Below, one piece after another: positions 32,480 to 44,289 of a DNA stretch of 64,000 nucleotides. The stretch is from Diplonema japonicum (Eukaryota; Protista; Euglenozoa: Diplonemea). The stretch lies in assembly GCA_964019335.1 (NCBI GenBank), contig OZ025702.1, positions 310,001 through 374,000 of the forward strand. The letters run 5' to 3'. The position numbers were made by a program, and so were the translations under genes. The notes below the pieces were generated by a model, which was not told the DNA's origin, searched no databases, and saw only the letters and a list, made by a program, of their open reading frames with translations. Positions within the stretch are counted from its first letter, which is position 1; every line of letters starts with the position of its first letter.

Positions 32480-33530
32480 ATGCCGTTCACAAACGAGCAG
32501 CTGAAAGAAGCCTTCAACCTGTTTGACTGCGATATGTATGTAAAAAAGGAAAAAAAAAAAACAAAATATAACAAACAGGGGTGGATACATCGATCAGGAG
32601 GAGATGGAGCTGGTGTTCAAGGGGCTTGGGATGGTCCTGGACCGTGTGGAGGTTGAGGACATGATGAGGCCGTTCGACACAGATGGCGACGGGAAGATCA
32701 GCTTCGACGAGTTTTGCGTGCTTGTGAGGCAGCGGATGAAGGAGAACGAGGGACCGAAGGAGGTCCTTGAGGCGTTCAAGGCCTTCGATTTGTCCAACAC
32801 TGGCGTCATCTCTAAGGACAACCTCAGGGAGGTAGCCGAGATGCTCAGCGAACGTGTCACCGACCAGGACATCGACGAGATCTGGCACTACTGCGCGATG
32901 AATGATGCCGACGATGCTGGCGTCCCCAACTTCACCTTCCACGCGTGGCGTGCTGTTATCGACCAGATCTCCAACAGGGGCGCCAACAAAGAAAGCAAAG
33001 AAGAAGACGGAGAGGAGGAGCTGAACTCCACCAAGAAGGCCCACCTCCCCGCTTACGACTCCTCCATCTGGACCGACCTCGAAATCCAGGAGGAGGTCGA
33101 CAGGACGCACCGCCTCCAGGAATGCAACAAGAAAGAAGAAGACGCCAAACTGCGCCAGGAAAAGGCAAAAGACGCCAAGGCAATGCTTAAAAAATATAAG
33201 GCAGAGACCCAAGCCGAGAGCACGGTATGCCATTCACTGCACCACCACTACTAACTCACCACAGCACACCGTGAAGGAGTCGAAGTGGAGGCAGAGACAG
33301 GAAGAGAATGATATCGTCAAGGAGAGGCTTGCGAAGAAGAGGGCGGCGCTCCAAGCGCAGGCTGAGGAAAGGGAGCAGCAGAGAAAGAGGGAAGAGCAAG
33401 AAGAGGCTGAGGTGCAGAAAAAGCTGGAGCAGAAGAGGGAGAAGTATGTCAGTCCACCACAAACAAATTTCTCAACAGCTTGAAGAGAACGGATGGCATG
33501 GTTGACCCGGAGCCTGAGGAACAGGCTTAG
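32480..33530 (+). CDS. Centrin/calmodulin-like EF-hand protein with coiled-coil tail (4 exons)
   Basis: EAFNLFDCDMGGYIDQEE, DTDGDGKISFDEF, AFKAFDLSNTGVIS. Introns 32536-32578, 33225-33264 (contains TACTAAC) and 33444-33478. Confidence 0.85.
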
Positions 33531-33845
33531 AGTGTCCCTTTGTACCTGCCGCACCCCTCCCCTACCCCCCCTAGTGTTGATTCCCCTGCCACATATTTGT
33601 GGCTTTAGTACGAGAGGCCCTTTTTAGAAGCCCGTTTCTTCTAATGGGATATCCCCCCCTGCCCCTGTTGTACCCCATGCCCCATGCCCCATACCTCTAC
33701 CTCTACCCTGCGACCACACGTTTATTTCAGAATAGTCCCCCTACTCTCCGCATCCCTGCATCCTTCCATTTTCCTTTTTTGTTTTTGTTTGCTTCTTTGT
33801 CTGTTGTGTAGCAAATCCAACCGGTCGAAGGAAGGGCAAGTAGGC

Positions 33846-34805
33846 ATGTGGGACCACAACTCAGTGGCGGAGACGCTGACGGGCGATGAGAAGGACACGA
33901 TGATGGAGACAGCGATGGAGGACTTGAGTGTGACGAGCAGCCCTGTGTGCAAGAGAAACGTGACGTTTCCGAAGGGGCAGAAGAAGGAGGAGATGTTGAT
34001 GTACTACCCTGAGGACGAGGTCAACGAAGACGAGAAGGTGGAGGAGGCCGTGGCCAAGCTGCGGGGCGTGGTCCAAAAGATAGAGGTGACCCGAGCCAAG
34101 GAGGTCGCCAACGACGAGCGTCTGCAGACAGAACCAACGTTCTTGCGGGAGTCGTTGAAGAGGATAGAGACACTGACCGACGTCGTGACAGAAGTGGCGG
34201 GGTGTGGCCCTGCACCAGAGATGTCCGTGCTTAAATCAACGTTGGTACTGCAGAGAGCGGGAAGAGCCGCAAGATCACGATGCCTGTCAGGGTGCAGACA
34301 CTCCGTGATAAGGCAGCACGACGAGGTAGCTTTTTTAAAAGCAAGGGAAAAGGAGCTGGCAGACAAGGTGAGGGGTTTGGAAGAGAGGTTGCAAGACTCC
34401 TCAGACCGCCCCGATCAAGCAGGGGCGACGAAGAAGGCTGCTGCGTACATGTTAAAGCAGCAGTCGCAGATCGACCAGTTGGACAAGGAGCTCATCTCGC
34501 TCAGGGCGCAGGCACGCATGACCCCTTTATCGGGCTCAGCGTCTGTCCCCACTCCGCTGTCAAAGTCGTCTACCTTCACCCCTGCTTCGACCTTTACGCC
34601 GCCTCGGTCTGGTGGATCCTTCCAGACCCCCGTAAGGTCACGCTCCCCACCACAGCGCACGCGCTCGCCTCCTCGTATCTATACCCCTCTCTCTCAGCTC
34701 AACTACCGTTCCACCTCTCCACACGTAAAACGCCTGCCCCCCACAGGTGGCGGTCCCGGGGGCCCTTCTTCGCAGCGACTTCACAGGTGCCTCACTCCAC
34801 GCTGA
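33846..34805 (+). CDS. Hypothetical coiled-coil protein, Ser/Pro/Arg-rich tail
   Basis: ORF with coding-like composition; IQ-like LQRAGRAARSR. Confidence 0.65.
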   Translation: MWDHNSVAETLTGDEKDTMMETAMEDLSVTSSPVCKRNVTFPKGQKKEEMLMYYPEDEVNEDEKVEEAVAKLRGVVQKIEVTRAKEVANDERLQTEPTFLRESLKRIETLTDVVTEVAGCGPAPEMSVLKSTLVLQRAGRAARSRCLSGCRHSVIRQHDEVAFLKAREKELADKVRGLEERLQDSSDRPDQAGATKKAAAYMLKQQSQIDQLDKELISLRAQARMTPLSGSASVPTPLSKSSTFTPASTFTPPRSGGSFQTPVRSRSPPQRTRSPPRIYTPLSQLNYRSTSPHVKRLPPTGGGPGGPSSQRLHRCLTPR

Positions 34806-35598
34806 ATGAAAAAAAAAAAAAAATGGAAAAAAAAAAAATCCGAGAAAAAAAAAATAGGGCTTGTCATTTCCCACCGTCCTCCCTTGCTGTAAAAAAAAAG
34901 TGTTGGGGGGGGGGGGGGGGGGGGAGGGGGGCGTAGTAGTGTGATTTTTTTTCTCCCTTTCCCCTCTTCCTTTCCCCCACCCTGGAGGGGGAAAAAAAGA
35001 AAAAAAAAGAGAGGGAGGGAACGAATAAGAAAAAGAAAAAAAAGCCAAGGAAGACCCGGATCCCCTGGGGGGTCGTTTTCATTGTATGCTGTGCTCCAAA
35101 AGGGGGAAAAATCTCCTTTCCCCTCCATGTTTTACCCCCCCCTCTTTTTTTGATGTTTGTTCTCTACCTTTTTTTTTTTTTTTCTTCTTTCCCCCACCAC
35201 CTGCTATACCCTCGTCTCCTTCGCGTTTTTCCTTTTCTTTTTCCATCGTATTAGTTTTTTTTTTCTGCATTTTTCTTTAAAAATAAACATTACGAACAAC
35301 CCATCGCAGCATTATACCTACCATCACTCTTTTCCCCCCGGTATAATTTTCCAGCAAGATTCACGAGAAGGAATAATATAAAAAAAAGAAACTTTAAAAA
35401 TAAAACTAAAGGGCGTGATAAGAGCAAAGGGCAGCTGAAGGCGTGGTGCCGTTTGGATAAAGTCATCCGAGAAATAAATAAAAGATTAAAAAAAAAAAAA
35501 GAAACTATCATCGAAATCTTTTTTTCAAACCCTTTTAAAGAACGGGGGAAGGGGGGGGGGGGCGACAATAGATGCGGGCAGAACACTGAACACGTGTT

Positions 35599-36318
35599 AT
35601 GCAAGAACGCAAGAAGCACCCATCACCGAGCGAAGTGACACTGGGCGGAGGGACAATTGTAGATTACAAACAGTGGTTGGACGACTTACCTCCTATCAAG
35701 CCTCAGGGTGAGGCGCGAAGGCACCCGAGACCAAGGAGAGTGTCTCACAAACCAGCTCAGAATGTGAAACACATTGAAATGACAACCAGTAGGAGGAACA
35801 CTAGCTTACCGTGTTTGGATGAAAAAGCAAACCTTGTGAGGGAATTGATCACAGCGGTCTGCCCGAAGTGGAAATCTGAAAAAGTAGAAAAAGTCATCAA
35901 TGATTTGCAAGGCGAGCCGAGGCAGAGCCTTGACATGTCTGCCGAAGATACTATTGAGGTAAAATCTGTCTGGGCGGCCCTCCTGGAGAGCTCCGACTCG
36001 GATAAAGAGCTGACTTTTCACGCATTCCGCCTCCTTGTACCAAGCGATGTCACCACCGAGGAGCTCCTTACAATGTTCGTCTCTGTCCCGTTGACGCCTT
36101 CGTGCATGCTCAACGAAACGGGTTTTCTTCATCTCATGAAACATATCTACCCTCCTTATCGCGGCGGGGCACAGCAGTCTTCCACTGCGTCCGTCAGCCT
36201 CATGGTCAAGAAGACTCCTTATTCTAACCTGCTGACAAACTCTGGCGTCATCGTCCAACACCCGAGGACACCCGCTCCGCGACGACGGAAACACCGCTTT
36301 ACAGCGCAACAAAGGTGA
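35599..36318 (+). CDS. Hypothetical protein (possible degenerate EF-hands)
   Basis: 239-aa ORF between homopolymer spacers. Confidence 0.6.
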   Translation: MQERKKHPSPSEVTLGGGTIVDYKQWLDDLPPIKPQGEARRHPRPRRVSHKPAQNVKHIEMTTSRRNTSLPCLDEKANLVRELITAVCPKWKSEKVEKVINDLQGEPRQSLDMSAEDTIEVKSVWAALLESSDSDKELTFHAFRLLVPSDVTTEELLTMFVSVPLTPSCMLNETGFLHLMKHIYPPYRGGAQQSSTASVSLMVKKTPYSNLLTNSGVIVQHPRTPAPRRRKHRFTAQQR

Positions 36319-36361
36319 TTCTTCTCTCCCTTTTCTTTTTTATTTACCCCACTAGCTGCTC

Positions 36362-36843
36362 ATGACACCCAAAAAAGAAGAGAAGCAACAAAAAAAAAGA
36401 AAAAAAAATGCCCGCTGGAAAGGTACCACAAGGCGGTGCGGGCTACACCTTCGCCCTTCCTGGGAACCAGGCGTACAATGTCCTCCCTGGGAACCTTTAC
36501 CTCCCGGCGCAAAATTCAGGTTTGTTTTTTCTTCTCTTCCCCCCCTTTTTTTGTTTTTTGCGGCAAACGAAGGCGAGGACGGCCTGCGGTACAACTTGGG
36601 TCATCCAATAGTGCGCGGCACAAAGCGGAAGAGGGCGTTATGACAGGAGGACACTCTTTTTCCGAGCCAACCGGCAAACAGCCACTGCAGGCACCAGCAG
36701 AACGGGCGACCGATTAGTGTGATTACTTATGAACAGTAAGCACCCTGCAAAACGTTATCCGCTTTCTCTCTTTTTCTCACCATTCCCCCTCTCCCTCCCC
36801 CCCTGCAGGATACACCGTCACATACCAGAAGTCATGAGCTAGG
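36362..36843 (+). CDS. Possible small spliced gene, frame unresolved
   Basis: GC-balanced islands separated by intron-like segments (GTTTG... near 36520; GTAAG...CTGCAG near 36736-36808); several frames are plausible. Confidence 0.3.
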
Positions 36844-36988
36844 TTTGTCTACAGGAGCTAAACGCTTTTAAATTTACACTACACCTTGTTCTGGTTTTCT
36901 TTTTTTCTTTCCTCCTGACTTCTTAATAAAACGCCCATGAAAAGGAGGGGGGTGTCAGGGGTTTTCAAAAAGTGGCTCGCCAGCCACC

Positions 36989-39301
36989 ATGTACTCCCCC
37001 CCTAGTGCCCCTCTGGGGTTCCTGTCCACGATGCCTGGGTACAGCGCGAGGGACAGATACGACCCAAAGTTTAAGCTTCCAAAAATGCCTAACAAGGGGC
37101 CTGACGGCGAGGGACGGAGAGTACAGAAGATGAAGGTGATAGAGAAGGACAAGGACAAAGATCATGAAGTTAAACTTCCGGAGCTCAAGAAGATACTGGT
37201 GGATGAGGAAGACACGGGGTTCGATGCCTTATCTAGGTCGCTGGGAAAAGTGATTGGCGAGCTTCTTGACGACAAACTGGAGGACAGGTGGTACCATGTG
37301 TCAAGACACCTGGAAACCATGCCCCACGGGCACGTTGTGATGCCTGGGGGAGACAACCTTGCAGGGGCCCTGGGTACCCTTCTTGATCCACGTCCAGAGG
37401 CACTTCTCACTTTCATTGATGTCTCTTTTTATCACCTGCTGCAGAGCTACCCAGATCTCGAGTCACTCTTCAACACCGCTAGGAGCACTCTCCTCAGAGC
37501 ATTGCACTACCACATCGCACCGCCGCCGCTTCGCGAGGTCCGCGACTCAGTTCAAGACAGAGTCATGCTGTACAAGGATGCGAAGGCCAAGGTGCTGAGG
37601 GCACGCAGCATGTCTGTCGGTGGCGACGTAGGCCTATGTAGCCCGCGGAGCGTGGTAAGCATCGGTGTGGGGAGGGCCATCGACAGGTGGCAGAGGATCT
37701 GCTTGAAGAGCACTTTTGCTGCGTGGAAAACGGTCGTCGGGGAGAGCGTGAAGAGGAAGGCCGTCGAGGGGACAAACGCAAGCATCACAGTCAGAATGCA
37801 AGAGGCAGAAAAGGAGGTGGCGGAGCTGTCGAATTCCGAGGAGAGGTGGACCATGGTGTGGAAGCTGGAGCAGGCCACAGCTGAAGTAAACCTGCTGCAA
37901 ACGGAGCTGAGGTCACAGCAGCAAGACTTTGCAGAAATGCGAAAAAAGCACGAGACACATATCACAAAGCTGCAAGCAAAAGTCAAGTGGCTGAGTGCCA
38001 TTGTCGACCAGCTGATGCCCGCTGCAGAGGAGTGCCGCGCCTTCTCTCCAGAGCACATTTGTGAACTGCAAGCGACGATGCACGAAGGCGGCGAGATGCC
38101 CCTACACGTAGCTTTCGACCACCTGTACCCCGACGACGCAGAGCACGGTGTGACGAGCCACCTGCAACGCTTGCTGGACATCAACACGATCGACGTAGAT
38201 GTCCTCGACGACGATGTGGTTAAGAACCTAGCGCAGCTCGTAGCAAAGGTTGAGGCCCATGCCACACCCACAGTACCGCGGCCTAGCGACGGTGAAGTCC
38301 AAGACCCAGTCAAGGTGATGCAAGCCACCATAGCAGGACTTCGGAAGCAGCTCGGCTCCATCAGCACCTACTGCAAAGGTGCCCTGCGCGACGCGGTACG
38401 CTCCTGCATCGCAGCCCGCGAAGAACAACTTGCGGCGTCCTTGAAAGAGGCTGAGATGACACGAGACAACCCTTTGCTGCTGGAGGCAATTCAAAATGCG
38501 GAAGTGTGTCCAGAAGACAGAAGCGGTGTGTACGACTGCTTGCAGAGGAACGAAAAACGGCTGCTGGGTGTGTACCAGTACTACGCATCTACCGACAAGA
38601 CAGTCGACATTGTGATGAGCAGGAACGAGTGGGAGAAGTTCTTGCGTGACGTCAAACCGGATACAAGGCGGAAGTCACGGGTGTCTGTACCCGACGTGCA
38701 GCGCAACACAGCAAAGGACAAAGACAAGGACAAGTCGGGGAAGGAATGGTACCTTCCTGCAGCATACTTGGAGCAACTAGTGCGGCATGCGGTGTCGCTG
38801 CCGAAGGGGCAGGGCGTGGTAGCCAAGACAGAGCAGTTCGTGGAAACAATAAAAATGTCAAACATTATGTACGTGTGTTGCGATGAGTTCATGAAGAACT
38901 TAAACGGAGACGCAACACAGGCGGTACTAAAGCAAGCTAAACAGGTACTAAGCCTGCTGTTCAACAAGTACGCACTGGACAAGGGTAAGGGTGTGACCTT
39001 CAAGGAGTTCAAGAAGCTGGCTGACGATGCTCACGTGGTGGACGAGATCTGCACTCACTACGCAATTCAGCAGCTCTTCCTCAAGATGCAGTCAGGTACT
39101 ACCCTCCTTGTCCCCCTGGGTGAGCCGTGTGCTGATTTGCCTACCTTCACCATGCTAGTGTGCGGAATAGCTGTTTACAAAAACCCTGCCCCTTATGTGC
39201 CTTTCGACATCAAAGTCAAACATTTCCTCGCTGCTTGGCTGGCGCCTCTTGCGGACCTCTCCACTGTTCGTGGAAGGCGGAAAAGCGATGTTGGTATTTG
39301 A
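36989..39301 (+). CDS. Hypothetical 770-aa coiled-coil protein with C-terminal EF-hand/p25-alpha-like regions
   Basis: Uninterrupted ORF; YQYYA...MSRNEWEKFLRD and LFNKYA...VTFKEFKKLADD motifs. Confidence 0.75.
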   Translation: MYSPPSAPLGFLSTMPGYSARDRYDPKFKLPKMPNKGPDGEGRRVQKMKVIEKDKDKDHEVKLPELKKILVDEEDTGFDALSRSLGKVIGELLDDKLEDRWYHVSRHLETMPHGHVVMPGGDNLAGALGTLLDPRPEALLTFIDVSFYHLLQSYPDLESLFNTARSTLLRALHYHIAPPPLREVRDSVQDRVMLYKDAKAKVLRARSMSVGGDVGLCSPRSVVSIGVGRAIDRWQRICLKSTFAAWKTVVGESVKRKAVEGTNASITVRMQEAEKEVAELSNSEERWTMVWKLEQATAEVNLLQTELRSQQQDFAEMRKKHETHITKLQAKVKWLSAIVDQLMPAAEECRAFSPEHICELQATMHEGGEMPLHVAFDHLYPDDAEHGVTSHLQRLLDINTIDVDVLDDDVVKNLAQLVAKVEAHATPTVPRPSDGEVQDPVKVMQATIAGLRKQLGSISTYCKGALRDAVRSCIAAREEQLAASLKEAEMTRDNPLLLEAIQNAEVCPEDRSGVYDCLQRNEKRLLGVYQYYASTDKTVDIVMSRNEWEKFLRDVKPDTRRKSRVSVPDVQRNTAKDKDKDKSGKEWYLPAAYLEQLVRHAVSLPKGQGVVAKTEQFVETIKMSNIMYVCCDEFMKNLNGDATQAVLKQAKQVLSLLFNKYALDKGKGVTFKEFKKLADDAHVVDEICTHYAIQQLFLKMQSGTTLLVPLGEPCADLPTFTMLVCGIAVYKNPAPYVPFDIKVKHFLAAWLAPLADLSTVRGRRKSDVGI

Positions 39302-39534
39302 TTGTGTGCTGAAAAAAGGTTTCTTTTACAAGAAGTCTTTTTTTTTTTGACACCCCCCCTTTTTTTGTTCTACATTCCACACCAAAAAAAGAAGAACCCC
39401 CCCCCCCCCCCCGCTTCCGAGAAGAAAAAAAAGTCATGGGCATCTTGTCTATTTTTTTTTTCAGCCCATTATTTTTTTCCCCCTCCCTTTCTCTTTCTTT
39501 TTTTCTAGTTTTTGAGTAGTTTTTTTTTTTTATC

Positions 39535-39570
<36 letters not shown>

Positions 39571-39595
39571 CGAAACAAAAAAAAAAACACTCAAG

Positions 39596-39646
<51 letters not shown>

Positions 39647-39727
39647 AACTTCTTCTTCTTTCTATTTAAACGTTGACACATTTCCCCGCAAAAGAAAGAT
39701 ATTTCCAGGAGGAAGAAAAAAAAAAAA

Positions 39728-40384
39728 ATGAGCGAAGCGATGACATGCAGCAAGTGCCGCCAGGTGGGGCAGGTGAGGAGGTGTCCGTGCTTGCTAGCAG
39801 CGTATTGCAGTGGGGAGTGTCAACGAGAAGACTGGAAGGTGCACCACGAAGTGTGCTCCGCGGTGAGGAGGATACGGGACGAGGAGAGCTGTGGGAGCAG
39901 TGGCGGGCTGACGGATACTGAAAGCAGGGAAAGAGAAAGCCCCGTGAAAAAGGACAAAAGGGACATGCTCAGCACACAGCAGGTTGTGATGCTAAACGAA
40001 TGCGTCGAAAGGCTTGCTACCACCTCACCCTCGCTGGTTGCAGCCGTGTTTATTGACCTCGTTCAGAGTGACCCTGTGAACCTTCTCCCCATTGCCATGC
40101 GTGCTCTTGCCTACTCTCCTGTGCAACCCCTGCCTGCGTCTTCTTACATACCTAGTCGCCCTGTTCAGGCAAAGCTTATGGGGAACGCTCCCATGCCCTC
40201 TTCTTATTTACCAGGTGTAGAGGGGGTTCCCCTGGCTGCGTACTCCCAACCCATGCAAGGTCAAAAGAATTTTTTTGCAACGTCCCTTGTCCCTGCCCCT
40301 GTCCCTTTACAGCAACAACAGTTCCAGCCTGATCTGGAGCCGAACTCTCTTGCTTCTGCCATGGCGTCATCGGTGCTTGAGTGA
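39728..40384 (+). CDS. MYND zinc-finger protein
   Basis: CSKC...RCPCLLAAYCSGECQREDWKVHHEVC. Confidence 0.85.
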   Translation: MSEAMTCSKCRQVGQVRRCPCLLAAYCSGECQREDWKVHHEVCSAVRRIRDEESCGSSGGLTDTESRERESPVKKDKRDMLSTQQVVMLNECVERLATTSPSLVAAVFIDLVQSDPVNLLPIAMRALAYSPVQPLPASSYIPSRPVQAKLMGNAPMPSSYLPGVEGVPLAAYSQPMQGQKNFFATSLVPAPVPLQQQQFQPDLEPNSLASAMASSVLE

Positions 40385-40560
40385 TGAAGGAACGTGAGGG
40401 AGAGAATGAATAAGAAAAAAAAAAAAAAAAAAAAAGACTCCTGTTTTCTAAAGCTTTCCCTTCTCCCCTTCATAAGGCGATTTTTTTTTTTTTTTTTATT
40501 AGCTGCGGTTACGGAGTGTGTTAATCTCAATATACCGATGTATATAAATAAAAAAGAAAA

Positions 40561-40594
<34 letters not shown>

Positions 40595-41891
40595 CAGTCG
40601 TACCATATCGGATAGATTAAAAAGATTTGCTTTTTCTTTTTTTTTTTTGTTCTTTTTTAAAACCTTTTAATACCAAAGGTGCGGTATCTGTATCCATAGA
40701 CATTCTTAATAGAACGAAAAACCGAGACGAAGAAGAGAAGAAGGGGGGGGGGGGGGGGGGTAGCCCAAAAATTTAGTTTGAACTTTCACATAAGACTGGA
40801 ATAATGGTGGCTTTTGCCGCCTGATACCACCCCCCCCCCCCCCCCCCCCCCCCGGACAAATTGCGAAATATTTCTGTTCATTTTTTTTTCTCCCTCTCCC
40901 TGCAGTCTCTTTTCCCCTAATTTATTATTTTAACTCTAACTAAATGTTTTTTTTTTCTTTGTGCAATATTTCACAATCTATGATGAATTATCAAATTAAA
41001 AAAAAAAAACTTTTTTCTTTTAAAAAATGTAGGGCAAGGTGCCATTCGTTGTTGTACGAAATAATCCTTTGCTAGGGTTAAAAAAAAAAAAAAAAAAAAA
41101 AAAAACATTTGCATTTCTTGAGCCAACATGATGACGGCGTACGAGAACCTGTTTTGTCTCTTTCCCCCCCCCCCCCCGTCCCAGCGGACCATGTTAGCTA
41201 TCAGTCCAGTACTCTTAATGTTGCAGGAGCTTTCCAACTGATGTCAGCGTTTAGTTGGTTTACCAACGCATGCTGGGAGACTGACAGATTTTTAAAAAGA
41301 GAAAGGGAGAAGAAAAAGAAAAGAAAAAATGGAAGAAAGAAAACACACACAAACACAATATTGCACCCTGCAGACAGACATTCCCCTCTCTTCACTCTCA
41401 AATCGTGTGCTGTTGTTTGTCATTTCTGTACTATCCTGTTACCATTTATTTACCAAGAAAAAAAGAGAAAAAAAAAAAAAGAAAGAAAAAATTGTCGAAA
41501 TACGGACTGATGTATTAACTACACCAGTTTGTTGTGAAAAGAAGAAGAAGAAAAAAAAAATCCTGGTGGGGGCCAGTGTTGTTTTTTTTTCTTTTTTTTT
41601 TTTTTTTTTTTTTTTTTCTATTTGTCAAAACAGAGCATGAGGATGCGTGGCATATAAGAAAAGAAAGGAATACAATTTTTTAGGACAATACTGACCCCCC
41701 CACCGTCCCCTCTTCACTCTCCCCCACTCTTTTCCTTCTTCCTCCTCCCTTGTCATCTATCATACACCGACGGAAAGAACAAAGAAAAAAAAAAGAAAAA
41801 AAACCTATTCTTTCTTCATTCTATCCTTCCTCCTCCCCGCCCCCCCTTTTTTTTCACTTGCTGTAAACGAATAGTATCGGTTGAGGGGAGC

Positions 41892-41929
<38 letters not shown>

Positions 41930-41960
41930 GCTGTAAACCCCCATCCCATGGCACTTTTTC

Positions 41961-41993
<33 letters not shown>

Positions 41994-42119
41994 CTTCTTC
42001 CCCCAGCAGTGTCTTTATTATTATTTTTTTTACTTTCTCATATTTCCTTTTTTTTTTTCAAATCAACACCCCCACCCATAAATCTTTCAGCAACAAAAAA
42101 AAAAAGAAAAGAAAAAAAA

Positions 42120-42770
42120 ATGATGAGGTCTATGCTTAAGAGAACTGCCACCAAACCGCTGGCCAGGTGGTGCTGTTCGCCTCCAGTGACATCTTTGGTG
42201 ACGCAGCCAGCGCCTGGGTTCAAGGCGCAGGCAGTGGTGGGGGGTGAGATCAAGGAGGTGAAGCTGGAGGACTACAAAGGCAAGTACGTGGTGTTGTTCT
42301 TCTACCCTCTGGACTTCACCTTTGTGTGCCCCACGGAGATCTGCTCTTTCAACGACAGGGCCAAGGAGTTCGAGGAGATCGGGTGCCAGGTGCTTGCGTG
42401 CTCTGTGGACTCCCACTTCTCCCACCTTGCCTGGACGCAGCAGCCCAGGAACAAGGGCGGGCTGGGTGAGACTCAGATCCCTCTCATCGCTGATCTTGAC
42501 AAGTCCATTGCCCGCAACTATGGTGTCTTGCTCCCTGCTGGGGTGGCCCTCCGTGGGCTCTTTGTCATCGATGGCAAGGGTACTGTTCGCTCTTCCGTGA
42601 TCAACGACCTCCCAGTAGGACGCTCTGTTGACGAGGCTCTTCGTGTGGTGAAGGCCTTCCAGTACACTGATGAAAACGGTGACGTTATGCCCTGCAACTG
42701 GACACCCGGTTCCACCACCATGAAGGCAGACCCCGTCGGCTCCCAGGAGTACTTCGCCAAGCAGGCGTGA
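42120..42770 (+). CDS. Mitochondrial typical 2-Cys peroxiredoxin (tryparedoxin peroxidase type)
   Basis: [14 protein letters not shown]; resolving VMPCNW, similar to the IPC of trypanosomatid mitochondrial Prx; Arg-rich presequence MMRSMLKR. Confidence 0.95.
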   Translation: MMRSMLKRTATKPLARWCCSPPVTSLVTQPAPGFKAQAVVGGEIKEVKLEDYKGKYVVLFFYPLDFTFVCPTEICSFNDRAKEFEEIGCQVLACSVDSHFSHLAWTQQPRNKGGLGETQIPLIADLDKSIARNYGVLLPAGVALRGLFVIDGKGTVRSSVINDLPVGRSVDEALRVVKAFQYTDENGDVMPCNWTPGSTTMKADPVGSQEYFAKQA

Positions 42771-42811
42771 TTTTTTTTTTTTTTTTTTTTAAAGTGTTTT
42801 TTTTTTTTTTT

Positions 42812-43414
42812 TTTTATTTCACTCTTCAGAAATTACTTCACGCACTGGGGGGCCCATTACTTCACGCTAAATCTCATTACTTCACGGTGAAATAATGGCC
42901 TGTTTTCCGTGAAGTAATAGGGGGTTTCCGTTAAATAATATGCCTCGGTAGGCCAATTTTTGCCTCGGTTCGGTTCCCAGTGGGGCTACTTTTTCCTCTC
43001 AGTTTGCTAATTTCCCCCAGGTTCAGTTCAATTGGCCAACTTTTGCCTCGGCTCAGTTCCAAGTTGGACTACTTTTTCCTCCCAATTTGCCCACTTTTGG
43101 CTAGACCTTGTTCCCAGTTTCTGTGGGTAACTCTTCTGTGGGTAAGGGTAACTTAGTCAGCTTACCCAAGCACCCCAAAAGACTTCAAAATACCGAAGCA
43201 GCAGAAAAAAAGGAGCCAGCGGCCGCGCTAGGTATGGGAAGGCCTGATTAGAGATGGTGACAGTGGCAATGCCAGCGACAGCGGCAGCTCTTAGTCAACA
43301 AAAGGAGGAAAAACAACTTGTATTGTAACCTTTGTAACCCCTCTCTTGTTGTACCCCTTGTCACCCTGTTGTGCCCCTCGTGGTGAAGTAATTTCAGAGT
43401 GTCGTGAAATAAAA
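42812..43414. mobile_element. Non-autonomous TIR element (MITE-like, about 600 bp)
   Basis: Left end TTTTATTTCAC-TCTTCA-GAAATTACTTCAC; right end GTGAAGTAATTTC-AGAGTGTC-GTGAAATAAAA; subterminal ATTACTTCACG x3; degenerate internal tandem repeat 42940-43110. Confidence 0.7.
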
Positions 43415-43429
43415 CCACTTACCTACCGC

Positions 43430-43537
43430 CAAGTAATGCTTTACCGACCTCTCGGTTCCGCATTTTACCATCTCGGGCCCTGCGGGCCCTCGACGGTAAA
43501 ATGCGGAACCTCGAGGTAACGGTAAAGTCATTACTTG
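43430..43537. repeat. 108-bp near-perfect palindrome
   Basis: CAAGTAATG/CATTACTTG, CTTTACC/GGTAAAG, GGTTCCGCATTTTACC/GGTAAAATGCGGAACC arms around GGGCCC-TGC-GGGCCC. Confidence 0.85.
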
Positions 43538-43827
43538 TTGGCAGTAAATAGCTATTTCTTTGTTTCTGTCTGGGGGTTTTTTTGTTTTTGTTTAAAAAGA
43601 AAAAAAAAAAGCTTATTCAGTTAGGGATGGGCTTTGTTTGATATTTCTTTTCTCCCTTCCCCTTCCCCTTCCCCTCTTTCTTCTTCTTTTAAAATTTGCT
43701 CCAAAAAAAGTATCGCTTCGCAATGGAAGAAAAAAAAAAAGAAAAGAGAGAGAGAGGGGGGGGATAACGTTCCTTTTTTTTAAGTCTGCCTGCCCTTTTT
43801 TTTAATATATTTTCCCCCCTCGTTTTC

Positions 43828-44145
43828 TTAATTCTTCTGCCGATTATAGACCCTGGGATATAGGCCCAATGGGAAGCGGGCTGTATTGCCCATTTCTCCG
43901 CGGTGGGCTTTATTACCGAATTCCTTGTTCTTTGCACTCACAGCCACTGCTATGACTCTTTTCCTCTGCTCTCTAGCAAGGTCACTGATGTAAATCGAGA
44001 ACAACAGCAGTGCCAGCACTGTGCCTTGCGGGACTCCTCCCTTGACCTTCTCTGGCCGTCTGCATGTACCACTATGTTCTTTTCTTTCTGTTTCATGTAA
44101 TTGGTTATGTACTACACTGCAAACCTCGCCTTGTCCCTTTTGCAC
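43828..44145 (-). mobile_element. Decayed non-LTR retrotransposon reverse transcriptase fragment
   Basis: GGVPQGTVLALLLFSIYISDL matches the LINE RT motif GVPQGxxLxPxLF; the following YADD motif is lost. Confidence 0.75.
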
Positions 44146-44289
44146 AGCTTAACGGTAGCTGAAAGAACCAAGGAAAAGAAAAAAAAGGAGACCTTCTGTC
44201 AGTGGGTCATCCCAGCTGTCCAGGCGCATGCCTGGGGTGTGTGGCTGAAAGAACCAGAGAAAAGAAAGAAAAGAGGGGGGGGAAAAAAA

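Noticed and set aside
36408-36843. Possible UGA read-through or selenocysteine at 36641-36643
   Set aside because: Gene frame unresolved, no redox motif and no SECIS recognised.
42812-42920. ATTACTTCACG repeats as a CRISPR-like array
   Set aside because: Repeats of 11 bp with about 10-14 bp spacers, eukaryotic context, no cas genes; better explained as subterminal transposon motifs.
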